64,000 nt of DNA from positions 10,299,607-10,363,606 of the forward strand of contig CM119268.1 in the NCBI GenBank assembly GCA_051294375.1. Direction: 5' to 3'. The first letter of the stretch is position 1. Each line of letters starts with the position of its first letter. Below the pieces are notes generated by a model, which was not told the origin of the DNA, searched no databases, and saw only the letters and a program-made list of their open reading frames with translations. A program made the translations under genes and the position numbers. Source of the stretch: Paraspadella gotoi. Taxonomy: Eukaryota; Animalia; Chaetognatha. Below are positions 1-12,030 of the stretch, one piece after another.

Positions 1-1767
1 CCCCCCGTGAGGCTCAATATCCATTCTTTCTCTTACTCTCTTTTTTATATATATCCTTCCATATCTTTGCTTTTTCTTTCCATCTTTCCAATTCGTCTGT
101 TTGATGCGGGAGGCAAAGTTTTTTTATTAACAATCAAATTTTAAAAATCAAAACCCAAAAAATTTATTTAGTAAATGTGCAGACTTTATTGTTTGATTTA
201 TTTTAACAATTATATTCTTTTTCTCTTCTTCTCTTCTCTTTCTCTCTCTCTTTCTCTGTTGAAAGAGCAATCTTTAAAAAATTGAGAAAAATCTATTTGC
301 TTCATCTCTCTCTCACCCGGGATTCCTCAAATTTTTTTCTGTCCGTCAATATTTTCACCATATTTTATAAGTCGATTTTAGGAGGGAAAACGAGAATACT
401 TTTCAGTCCTGTTTTTAGATTCAATCAGAAAAACGGGTCTGCTTTGTTTTTGGATCCAGTTTTTTAGTTTTTTTTTCGGTGATACTCTCCTTAAAGTTTT
501 TATTCAATACAAAAAACATATATTATGAATTCCCATGTCAGAACGGGAGGATGTTGGATGCCATTCTCCACTAGCGAAAGAATAAGTCGCAATCGGTCAT
601 AAATGTTTCTCACAGGAAATGGGTATATCGCTGGATTTAACCTCATCTACCAAGGTCATCAACGAATTCATCAGATTCGTTGAAGATAAATAAAAATATT
701 TGGTGGAAAGACTCAAAGTTTTCAAATACTAATTTTTGATAAATGTCTATGAATGAGCTTATTATAAATATAATAAGTGTAAACTGGAGTTTAGCCAACA
801 ATTGCCAGCCCACAACTTTCATAGTTTTAATTTTGCTTCCCAAATCAGTTCTGTCCCACATACCAAACTCTTATATGTGGGAAAACAAAACTAAAAACTC
901 GACAAAACCAATCGCTATATTTGAAAAGGAAGACCTATCATTAAATTTGCAAAAAACAATGAATGGAAAATATCTTGTTTGATTTTCATTTCATTCAACT
1001 GCAAATGAGAAACCAAAAAACCCGTGTTACATCGTTCTCTCTCTCTCTCACTATGACATAGATTTCACTAGGAGTCCCAGTAAAATTGATTTTGTATCAG
1101 GCATAAACTCTCTTTCATTCTATATTTTTTAAAAACATCTGGTGAATGATAGGACATATTAAGGAATAATTTATAACAGGGTCTTTACAAGTTAATTACA
1201 ATTAAAATAAAAATTGATACATAGTTTTGATGACGATATTGAACCTTATCACCCATCATCAACTTGGGTTTTTTAATTATAAGCATAATCTTGTCTCTTT
1301 CCAGGACTATAGCGCAAAATTACAACAAAAGCTGGAGCCTTTTTTGGTATCAAGGAGCCAGTGCACTATTTTTTTACTCTTTAAATCTTTCTCACTCTCT
1401 TCCACAATTTACTTATCTCTTTTTCATGTCTTTGTTAAGTTATTTTAATGCTTGATTGTGAATCAAAAAAAAAAACTTTACAATCTATGAAATAATAATA
1501 ATTTTTTAAATTATTTAATTGAAAGACATTTATTTGGCAATTATAACATTTGGGATAGAAAGGAACATAAAGAGATGAAAGAAAAAAAAATCCCAATTAA
1601 AATTATGTATTCTTAATCTCATTTTGCATATTATAATTTTTGCATATAGTGAAAAATGCCTAATGTGCTGTAATAGTTATAAAAAGTTAGTTTCATATTT
1701 TATTCTAGTCCATTGACTGTAACCAAATAACCGAGAGGTGAAAACCTTAATCCTTACTCGATTCACC

Positions 1768-1875
1768 TTAATGCTCAATCTGGGGAATTGTTCTCTCCTT
1801 CTTGATAAATGCTTTTCTGGAGAACTTTTGTATCTTTTGATAAATGCTCAATTTGGGGAAAAATTATCTCCTACC
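1768..1875. repeat. Degenerate copies of a ~39-bp minisatellite (same family as 3345-3605)
   Basis: About 3 copies of (ga)taaatgctcaatctggggaa(t/a)..ttgt/atctcct. Confidence 0.65.
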
Positions 1876-2229
1876 CTGTGAGCCAAATGCCAAATGAAAC
1901 GAAAGGAAACCACTTGCCATACTTTACTTTAGTTGAGATAGACTTACTCATTTAAAATGATAAAATAACTACTTGACAATTTGTATGTATTAAATTATTT
2001 TAATTCAATTATCATTAACAACTTCAAATCTGTTTTCTCACAAAAGATGGTAAAATCGCCAAATTGTCAGCGAATCGATTCTGTTAAAAATCGAGTGCAA
2101 TGACAATTTGTATTAAATTTTAAGGCAGTGTTACATATATATTGCTGTTTTTGGCCCCACTATTAAAGTCCATAAACCTTTGGTTCCTGTGAGAATGATG
2201 GCTCCAGCCTTTATTCAAATTAATTCTTA

Positions 2230-2833
2230 GCTGGCGACTAAGCAATTTCAAGACAAGGCGGGCCAAAATGAACACTTTTTATAACTACAAGTTCTCTCAA
2301 AATTTTTTTTACGCTTCTATTACTTTAAATCGATTTTTCAATGTATCTTTTGATTAGTTCATTGGGTTGTTGCAATTGAAGCTTTTAAATATTATTAATA
2401 TATTAACAATAACCAAAATTTTTATAAAATTTTATTTCTAAGAATGGATTCCTATAGAGCTTGAAAGTTAAATGAAGGTGACTACATTTTTTAAATTTTG
2501 AATAAATTGGTTAAAAATATAAAAAAACCTTAAAAAATCACATCATCTCATCATTAGCTGAATTTTTTTTAAATTTTTATATAAAACAAAAACATTTTAA
2601 AATTTTTATTAATTAACCTTTATCTAACTTTTAAAGCTCTAATCAGAATCTATTAAAAAAAAGAAAAATCAAAAATATTTTAAACTTTATATAGTAATAA
2701 AATAATCTTTAATTTTTAAAAATTATTTCATTTTCCTATTTTCTACAGTCACTTAACAATTATTTATTTGAGAGAACTTTTAGTTTTTAACCTGTTCCGG
2801 CCTACTATCACTTGCCTATAATTGGTGCCTATA
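2230..2833. mobile_element. Degenerate fold-back/MITE-like long palindrome
   Basis: aactacaagttctctcaaa (2283-2301) is the inverted match of tttgagagaacttttagtt (2767-2785). An inner pair, gattcctatagagcttgaaagttaaatgaagg (~2448-2479) and cctttatctaacttttaaagctctaatcagaatc (~2617-2650), is symmetric about roughly the same centre. Confidence 0.5.
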
Positions 2834-3344
2834 TTAAAAACTAAAGAAGAGTGCTTATGCAGGACAATTAAAAAATTGGTAGTTTAAGCTCGAGAGAGTG
2901 ACCAGTGAATCACAGCATCCGCCTGCATAAAAGTTTTTTACCTTATTTTTCAAGAAAAATCAGTTCGAGAAGATGGGATATTCCTTAGCTATCCTCAGGT
3001 TCCCAACCTGCTAAATCTTTATTATTTTTTTGGTTTTTTGTGATTTTGAACTAGAAAGGTTTGTAAGCAGAAACCAAAGTTGTTATGAGGCATTCAATTT
3101 TGTAATGGTGAAACATTAGAGCTGCATTTGGATAAAGTTTTTGCTCCCAAGAAGAATAATTTTTTGAGTTTTTTGTACTGGTTTTGTTCGCATTTTGAGA
3201 AGTCTTCAAGTGTTTTAGCAATGTTTTAACTTTTTAAAAATTATTTTTCTTTAATTGGTGTTATAAATTCTTATTGGAGTCGTTTATGTGTAATTATTTT
3301 TTTTGTATCATCGGATTTGCTTCTCTCATCCCAAAGGGTGTAAT

Positions 3345-3605
3345 TGATAAATGCTACATCTGGGGAAAGTTGTCTCCTTTCTTAGATAAAGTGCTCAAAT
3401 CGGGAAACAGTTGTCTCCTTGTTAAAAAATTTCAATCTGGAGAAAAGTACTTATTTTTGATAAATGCTTAAATTGGCGGAAACAATTGTTTCCTTTTGAT
3501 AAATGCACATCCTGGGAAAAAGTTGTTTCCTTCTTGATAATGCTACATCTGCTGAATCTGGGGAAAAGTTGTCTCCTTGATTAATGCTACATCTGGGGAA
3601 AAGGC
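3345..3605. repeat. ~39-bp minisatellite, ~7 copies
   Basis: Repeated gataaatgctacatctggggaaagttgtctccttt-like units. Confidence 0.8.
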
Positions 3606-4880
3606 ATGCATCCCCTTCCATGAAGCGTAAGCTACAATTTAGCAGAGAGGTGTATTCACTTCTGATAAATATATACATTACAGGGTGGAAAAGTTAGGTG
3701 CGCTTGCTTGCATCAAATTTCTCCAAAATAGTAGCGAAAAAGTTGTATACCTTTTTTCGATGTTACTACAAATGGTGACGGTAAAGTTATCTATCTTTAG
3801 ATAAATGCTTCTCATATAAGGGCCGTAGTTGAATAAAGGTGTCAGAATCAAAATTTGAATATGTCTTGCATGACATCTGTACAAAACTCGCTATATTTTT
3901 TGTTTTATCTAATTTTTATACCCTATTAAACACTAGTACTAATAGCATTGTTAAAATTAAATCATTTTTTTAGTTTGAACATTGATCTTAAAGCTCTGAA
4001 CAAAATATAGTCTTATGAAATTAGCTTATTAAGTTATAAGTTACTTCAGCTATTACATAAATGGTTAATTTTAATAACATGTTTTTAGATTTTGACTGAA
4101 AAACTAATACAAAGATTATCATTTCTTCTATAATTATCGTGAGATTTAAATGTCTTTAGAAGATTCTCCCAATGAAACATATAATAAATTTCACGACCGA
4201 TAGTTTAACACTCTCACTCGTTATATATTAATTTTTCGGAATGAAATAATCTTATAATATCGTTAGTTACTCTGTGTACTAATGTATTCGTAGATGATTA
4301 TTAGAGCTTCATGATAATTCATTTCTTTGATTTACACCGATTTCCGGTATAGTTAGATAACATCTGATACATCATAAATATGGGCGTAGCAAAATTGATA
4401 AACTAACATTTTTTTATTTATCAATGTTCTTGACCTTACTATTCAATTTTGATCTCTACTTGATTTTATATTTTGTGCTAAGCTTGTAGATGGCGAAGTG
4501 TTAATATGGGATGTTTTTTTAAGGTTTTCACAAATTTTGACGCCACTTATAATTAAAATATAGAAAAAAATATATACTTTGTACAGCCAACTTTTTAAAA
4601 GCACAACTGATTCTTCTTTATAAATATTCAAATTTTATAAATTTTTTTTAGAATGTTCTTATCTATAAATAAACATTAAAAAAATTAATTATTATTGCTT
4701 CGAGCCATTTTAGAAAATCTTTATCCATGACAAATTTTCCTCAGAAATGTATGAAGTTTCACTTGGAAAAGTTCTCAATCAACTTCTGACCGACCTCATT
4801 GATGTAGATTTGCCCTAAAAAAAAACTAAAAAACCCAGGTTTCCTTTCCTACAGAGCTCCCAACTGATCAATGAGTTTCC

Positions 4881-5950
4881 GAAGGGATGTGTGACAGTTG
4901 TGACGCCCATTCCATGAACAAAGTATTTTTGTGCTTAATCCCCATATTTAACGCCCGCACTAAAAAAGCCCCAGCTTCCCCATGATTTTTTAAGATTCTC
5001 AATCCGTGTCACACCGTGTCACACATCCCTTAGAGCATCTTGTTGACACGGTGTGACACGAATTTAGTATCTAAAACAGTATTTTTGTGGCTTAATCCCC
5101 ATATTTAACCCCGCACTAAAAAGCAGCCCAGCCTTCCCCATATTTTTAGATTCTCAATCCGTGTCACACCGTGTCACACATCCCTTAGAGCATCGTGACA
5201 CGGTGTGACACGAATTTAGTATCTAAAAACAGTATTTTTGTGCTAATCCCATATTTAACCCCGCACTAAAAAAGCCCCAGACCTTCCAAATATTTTAGAT
5301 TCTCATCCGTGTCACACCGTGTCACCACATCCCTTAGAGGCATCTGTGACACGGTGTGAACGAATTTAGTATCTAAAAAACAGTATTTTTGTTGCTTAAT
5401 CCCCATATTTAACCCCGCATAAAAAGCCCCCAGCCTCCCCATATTTTAGATTCTCAATCCGTGTCACAGTCCCGTGTCACACATCCTTAGAGCATCGTGA
5501 CACGGTGTGATCACGAATTTAGTATCTAAAAACAGTATTTTTGTGCTTTAATCCCCATATTTAACCCCCGCTACTAAAAAGCCCCGCGCTTCCCCATATT
5601 TTTAAGATTCTCATCCGTGTCACACCGTTCACACATCTTAGAGCTCTGTGACACGGTGGTGACACGAATTTAGTATCTAAAAACAGTATTTTTTGTGCTT
5701 AATCCCATATTTAACCCCGCACTAAAAAGCCCCAGCCTTCCCATACTTTTTTAGATTTCAATCCGTGTCACATGTTCCGTGTCACAGTCACCACCTTAGA
5801 GCATCTGTGACACGGTTGTGCACGAATTTAGTATCTAAAAACAGTTATTTTATGTGCTTATCCCCATATTTAACCCCCGCACTAAAAGCCCAGCCTTCCC
5901 ATATTTTTAGATTCTCAATCGCGTGTCACACGCCGTGTCACACATCCCTT
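4881..5950. repeat. Tandem array (~7 units of ~153 bp) of a TIR-bounded MITE-like unit
   Basis: Each unit runs from (aagggatgtgtgaca / tagagcatctgtgacacggtgtgacacg) to cgtgtcacaccgtgtcacacatccctt, so the unit ends are inverted repeats. The internal core aatccccatatttaaccccgcactaaaaagccccagc is shared, with a partial copy at ~6205-6270. Confidence 0.9.
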
Positions 5951-6420
5951 GTTATCTGAAAACTAAAGTACATATCGAAAATAATATAAAAATTATGAAA
6001 ATTATCATTAGTGGATTGTTTATACACTTCTTCAAAGGTGCTTCGTCATCAATCACAGCTTTTATCTTTTTGGTGCAAAAAGCAAGGAGGGCGACTATGT
6101 CAATTAGGGTCGAGAGTTTCGCTTCTCTCAAAGTCTCTTTTTTTTTTTCGTAATAATAAATAAGAAATTTTTTTACAGCTTGTGGCGGCCAATGGCGCCA
6201 CAAAATATTTTTGATTGCTAATCCCCATATTTAACCCCCGCCTAAAAAGCCCCAGCTTCCCATATTTAACCGACTCCAAAAAAATCACTATTTTTTTCTT
6301 AAAAAACATGAAATGAAAGTGATCGAACACTGAAACCTTGATATCTTGGCATTGGGAAAATAAGAAGAATTTTTCTTCCTTTTCGTCAGAATGTAACAAC
6401 GTAAAATAAATTGGAGGGGA

Positions 6421-6560
6421 AGAAAGAAGAAAGAAAAGAAAGAAGAAAGAAAGAAAAAAAGAAAGAAAGAAAGAAGAAAGAAAGAAAGAGNNNNNNNNNN
6501 NNNNNNNNNNNNNNNAAAGAAAGAAAGAAAGAAAGAAAGAAATAAAGAAAGAAAAGAAAA
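6421..6560. repeat. (GAAA)n-type microsatellite spanning an assembly gap (N 6491-6515)
   Basis: Read directly from the sequence. Confidence 0.95.
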
Positions 6561-6769
6561 GAATTTTGTCCGATGACGAAGTTAGTCGTGATCGGCAAGC
6601 GGATCGATAGAAAAGGCGAAAGCGAATATGACGAGTCAAGCCGATACGTGAGAAGAGATGCGGGCGGAGATACATGCGAAAGAAGATGCGCGCAAAAAGG
6701 GGGGAAGGGGAAATATGGGGGGCGCTTTTAGCTTTTAACGCCCCATTTCTGTTTCTAGTCTCTGAATTT

Positions 6770-6905
6770 TAACCTTAATGCTTCCCAACGCTTAATCCAA
6801 TCTTTAATTTTAAATATTTAACCTTAAACCCTAATCTTTAACCAGAACTTTAATCTAATCTTAAACCCTAATCTCTAACCTAATCCTCATACATATTACC
6901 TAACT
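6770..6905. repeat. Degenerate telomere-like (TAACCC/CCTAA) tract
   Basis: aaccttaaaccctaatctttaacc...ttaaaccctaatctctaacctaatcct...acctaac. Confidence 0.5.
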
Positions 6906-7335
6906 TATAACATAATTTTTAAACTTAAAAACAAACTTAATTCTGAGTTTAAGCTGAAACGGAGCACTTTCGGAAAAGAAGGCCCATATGGGAGGGTACG
7001 ATCAGAGTTGCAGAACGGAAATTTATTTTTTTTCTTAACGAAGAAGAAGAAAAATCGAAGAAAAAAGTGGAAAAAAAGAAAAAAGGGAAAAAAAATGGCG
7101 GAAAAGTTTTTCCAAATTCTCGATTTAACAATGGGTAAGTTAATCCGCGTTTTGCTTTTCACTATCGTTCGTTCAAATCAGAGCGTTCGGTTATTTGTTT
7201 ATTGATTTTTTTTTCCTTTAAACTCTCAATTAGAATCCAACTGAGTTGTTGACTTTGACGACGTTCAGAGAGACGATTACGTCAAGAGATTTTGTAAAAT
7301 GCGAGAGATGCATCTCACCTTTTCTCCTCCCAGCA

Positions 7336-7468
<133 letters not shown>

Positions 7469-9322
7469 CGTTTAGAAAGCCAAGGAGGAGGACGAGGAGA
7501 GAGAGAGAGCTGAAGTCGCACCAGGTTTCCTCACCTTTTTTGTTTATCTTCTTCCGGCGGCATGATGAGGCGGCGTCGGCGGCGGCGGCGGCGGACGCGG
7601 CGGCGGAGGCGGTTAAAGCGGCGGAAGAGGAAGGAGAAAGTCGAGATCATGGAGAAGAAGCGACGTGATTTAAATTCCTTTGTCTTTCGATCGGTTGGCG
7701 CTTTTTTTTTTATTATTGAATTGAGATTGTCAAGAGGAAAAGGAGACAATGAGCGAGAAGATTAGTTAGTAGTTACTATGTACTTTACTTAGATTCGGTA
7801 GAAAAATAGTCAGAAAAATTTAAAAAAAAATAGGAAAATAGGAAAAAAAAATGTCATGAAAAGAAAAGGGTTGGAATTTTCTCGCTGATGATTTCTTCTG
7901 GGCGTGTCCCTTTCGTCGTCCCGGTTTTTTTTTTTTTTTTAATCTGCGCCGAGATTTATGGACAGAATTCTGGGTCGCTGCTTGCAGCAGCAAATGAAGC
8001 AACAGCAACGTCGTCGTTCGCTGCAGCTGCGGCGACTGTTGCCACTGTGGCGACGAAGGAGTCAACGATGCGTCTCAGGTGCTGCGAATGTGCATTTTCT
8101 GCCCTAAATGATTAATTTGTTGCTTCATGCCAAGCGTGCACGTCTTTCTATTATTATTTAGTTTACTTAATGGAAGGACTTCATAGCCACAAACGCCTTA
8201 ATTATTTTTATTTTGTTTTTTTTATATTTTGTATTTTTCTGTTAACATAAAAAAATTCAAAATTTGAATTCGAATATTTTTTCTCTTGCAATTATTATTA
8301 AAATTACAAATGGTTTTTACAATTTTCTTTGACAATATCATTTCCCAAAGACATGGAATTTGTCGTGGGTGACAACATCATCGTTACCATGGCGATGGAA
8401 ACAACAGGGTGAAGCCTTCGGTGATAACCATCGTCTGAAAATGCGTGAAGATGATAACGAAACAAAAAATTTCAATAACTCACAAGTTCAATCAACTCAG
8501 TTCGCTTCACCTTTCACGCTTTTTTTCCTTTTCACGACAATCCGCGAGATTCATTTCTCTGAGAAACCGAGTTTCACGCTCTGTTCTTCCATCTCGTCCT
8601 AAGTAGTTCCGATTTTTCCCGCCAGAACATACCTCCATTTTCTTTAAAAAAATCACATCACAACTGGTTTCCCCGTCCCGGCCAGGCATCAATTTGATCC
8701 TTTCTGGGAGGCAGCTTGAAACTTCTCCTTAACTAATTACAGCTTGACTTTCAGCGTGAATTTATGTTAACAGATGGAATCTTTACATTTCTTTTCAATT
8801 CCTTCTTCCATATACGGTATCGATTAATTTACCCAGTGATTTACCTCAACCGATGATATCCTTCAATTCCTCAACATTCACTTCCCGTCTACTTTCTCCG
8901 TCCAACTTTCTTTCCATTTTTTTTTTTTTTTTGCTCATCGAGGGGTAACTTTAGAAGCCTAAATCATACAATTCTTAACAAATTGGTAAAGTACAAAGAA
9001 ACGCTTTTACGTGAATATATGATAAATTGTGATTACTTAATAACTTAAACTTAGTCGTTTAAAAAAAAAAAACAATTTGCAAATAATATTTGAAGTGGGG
9101 ATTTAAGAAAGCCAACTATCTATAAGACGTTCGAAATATCGCAACATCTTGGAATTGCCGTTTCCTTATTTCTTCTCTAATTCCCTTTTCCTCTTTCCGC
9201 TTCGCCGATACTTTTGCCTCGACGTGCATTTCCGCGTCATATTTTTGATCGGACGTCAATGAAGCACTCATCAATTTCCATAAATGGCGATATTTCTCTT
9301 CTCGTTCGCTGCCTCCATTACG

Positions 9323-9441
<119 letters not shown>

Positions 9442-10585
9442 TCTTTTTCGCTCTCTCCATTTGCTCTCAGTTTTCTGTCATTTTTGTCACTTAATTAAGA
9501 AAAACTGCTGAATTCTAATTCTTGTTTCTTGGGAACTTAGAAATAACGACCAAATCACGTAATTTTTTTCAATATCGGCCGAAACAGTTCTCTCTCTTTG
9601 TTTAAGTCATCTTCATTTTTGTTTTCAGTTGAAAATCTACTTTCGTTTCTTTTAAATCAAAAGCTCTTTCACGTTTTTCTTTGAATAAATTATTTAAATT
9701 TAAAGTTTTTATTTAATTACAAACAACGATTTTATTTGTACATATGCGGACACATTTCGACTCCATTTTCGAGCCATCATCAGCTCTTTGATAAAAAGAA
9801 ATGCTTACACCATGAATAAATCATTAAAAATTACAAAATAGACAATTTAACTTTTTAATTTTGTATGTCTTCGCCTTCTTCGCCCTCCCCTTTGCTCAGG
9901 CGTCCTCCTTTCATTTCACACTATTTCACTCAGAATGTTGACACTTGACGTTTTTAGCGAGAGAGTCCGAAAAACGTTCCACCGGTTGGTGTCCAACTTC
10001 TCGGTTATGTTCATCGAGTCATTTTTTTACCCGTTTTTTTTTTCATCTTTCTCTCTTTCGTTCTCTCGTGATCTCAGTCTTACTTTCTCTCTTTTTTTTT
10101 CTATCTCTCTCTCTGTCTCTTTCTCTCTTCTTTTTCTCTCTACGTCTTTTATTCAGATTGTAATTCTCTCTAGCCCTCTCTCATTCTCCCCCAGTTAACA
10201 TGCCTTATGTTTCAGCATCTTTTGAATTATTCAAATAGTCGTTATTAGATCTAGAAACGACTGAAACTCGCGCCACACTCGAGTTTGAAGTAAGAGAGAC
10301 AAAAAGATGTGAGACATTCGCACAAACGAAACTGGTTCGACTTCCTTTCGATCTTCTTCTTTCTCGTTAATCATTAAAAGTTTCATTTTCTTAATCCCCT
10401 TTTCCCTCTTTCATCTTTTCCGCGTTTTTTTAAATACTTTTTCATTTAAAAAAAAACTTTTGTTTTAATCTTCTTTATCATCTTTCCACTTTTATTTATT
10501 GTGATTTTTTTTGAATTTCTATCAAAAAACCGGAATTAATTCAAAGTAGATTTCAGCGCCTCTGACGTCGACCGGGTAATGGGAA

Positions 10586-10592
10586 TCTCTCT

Positions 10593-10642
<50 letters not shown>

Positions 10643-10680
10643 TTCTCTTCTCTTTCCTCTCTCTTCTCTCTCCTTCTCTT
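10586..10680. repeat. (CT)n-rich microsatellite
   Basis: Read directly from the sequence. Confidence 0.9.
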
Positions 10681-10779
10681 CCGCGCAAACCGCTCCAGAA
10701 ATATTTGATGACGATGAGGAAGACGAGGACAACCATCCATCAGGATCACCTCGTGTCAGCGTCCCTCTGAATTACTTAC

Positions 10780-11041
10780 CCATTTATCTCCATAGTCTCT
10801 CCACCTCCGAACACGCCCACCTCAGAAATCCTCATCGCCCAACCCGTCCTCCCGCGATCGCTCCGAGCCCTGACCTTCCCTTCCCCTCTCTTCCCAACAA
10901 GTTCGTCAGTAGGGCCTCTCATAATGAAAAATTCAGTATCGCCATTAAGTTGATCTGAAAAGATGTTGTAGTTGTTGGAATCGTTTTGAGAGAAGCAAAT
11001 TCCATCCTCCCAACAAGGTTATCCCGTTTCTACTGTGTATT
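10780..11041 (-). other. Candidate 5' exon of a minus-strand gene running leftward
   Basis: On the minus strand it is bounded by a tttttttcag acceptor (11051-11042) and a perfect GG|GTAAGT donor (10779-10774). It ends ATG GAG ATA AAT GG. It lies downstream (minus sense) of the motif-rich island at 11.8-12.0 kb. No further exons were identified. Confidence 0.35.
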
Positions 11042-11611
11042 CTGAAAAAAACATTTGCTTGAATTAGTTTTTTTCTTTTTTTTATGAGCACAAAAACAAT
11101 GCATAACCGACGAAAGAAAAGAAAAAAAGAGTTTGAAAACTACTCAAATGGCTGGAAAACATTTTTCCCCTATTTAGAACGGAAAATGGAATTTTGCATC
11201 AAAAAGAAACAAAAACAAAAAAATTAACAAAAAGAAAGTCAAAGAGAAGTCGCAACTTCGTTGGCGTTATGGCGACAAGTCAGACATCCAAGAAAATTCA
11301 TTGCTAACTGTTCCGCTTTTAAAGAGAGACAACGACTCCGAGTTTCTGACGAATCGATCTCCGAAAATGCCTCTCTTTTCCTCCGTTAACCGTAAATATT
11401 GCGTTCGATGCTCTTTTGTTTTCTTTATGACAATGTAATATGTATGATCCACCAAAATTCCAATAAATTTTTCGACGCCGTTAGTATGATTCCACCATGG
11501 CATCTCCATCTTTTCGAAACAATGAGATAAATTCGCTCCATCTTAGATTAAAATGGATCGTGAGTTTACGGCTTGGAGAACAAGGATCGAGTTGTTAAGC
11601 TAAGCAATATC

Positions 11612-11700
<89 letters not shown>

Positions 11701-11720
11701 CCCCTCTGTCTCTCTCTTTC
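11612..11720. repeat. (CT)n microsatellite
   Basis: Read directly from the sequence. Confidence 0.95.
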
Positions 11721-11759
11721 CTCGCACTTTTCCATTCGTTTTGGAGACCAATCATAAGT

Positions 11760-12030
11760 CACCCGGTGGTCGTCGCTTTCGGCGTCGTCGTTACCATGGA
11801 AGCACGCGACCCGATGACGTCATAGCAACGCCTTGGGAGTCACGTGACAGAAAGCGGCAAATGGCGCGTGACTGGTCACGTGAGAATGCGTGTAACCGGG
11901 CGTGTGCGAGAACACTTCACTGGGCACCTGCGAGCGTACTCGACTGGACACTTGAGAAGTAAGGCGTTTGGACATATGATAGAGAGCCCGCAATCGGTCA
12001 ATGGTCACGTGTGATTGGGTGCCCTACCGA
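11760..12030. promoter_or_regulatory. CpG-rich promoter-like island with CRE, CLEAR/E-boxes, an RFX X-box-like motif and a YY1-like motif
   Basis: GTTACCATGGAAGC 11790-11803; TGACGTCA 11815-11822; CATAGCAAC 11821-11829; GTCACGTGAC 11839-11848; AAATGGCG ~11859; further GTCACGTG at ~11875 and ~12004. Confidence 0.6.

Noticed and set aside
540-1460. Short ORFs in slightly GC-richer patches near the window start
   Set aside because: No recognisable motifs or consistent splice structure. Possibly decayed transposon sequence, but not supportable.
4881-5950. Palindromic repeats with regular spacing resembling a CRISPR array
   Set aside because: The 'spacers' are near-identical to each other, there are no cas genes, and the context is eukaryotic. 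It is a tandem satellite.
7095-7141. Possible + strand first exon ATG GCG GAA...ATG G|GTAAGT
   Set aside because: The donor is good, but no downstream coding exon could be found before SPT6. Unsupported.
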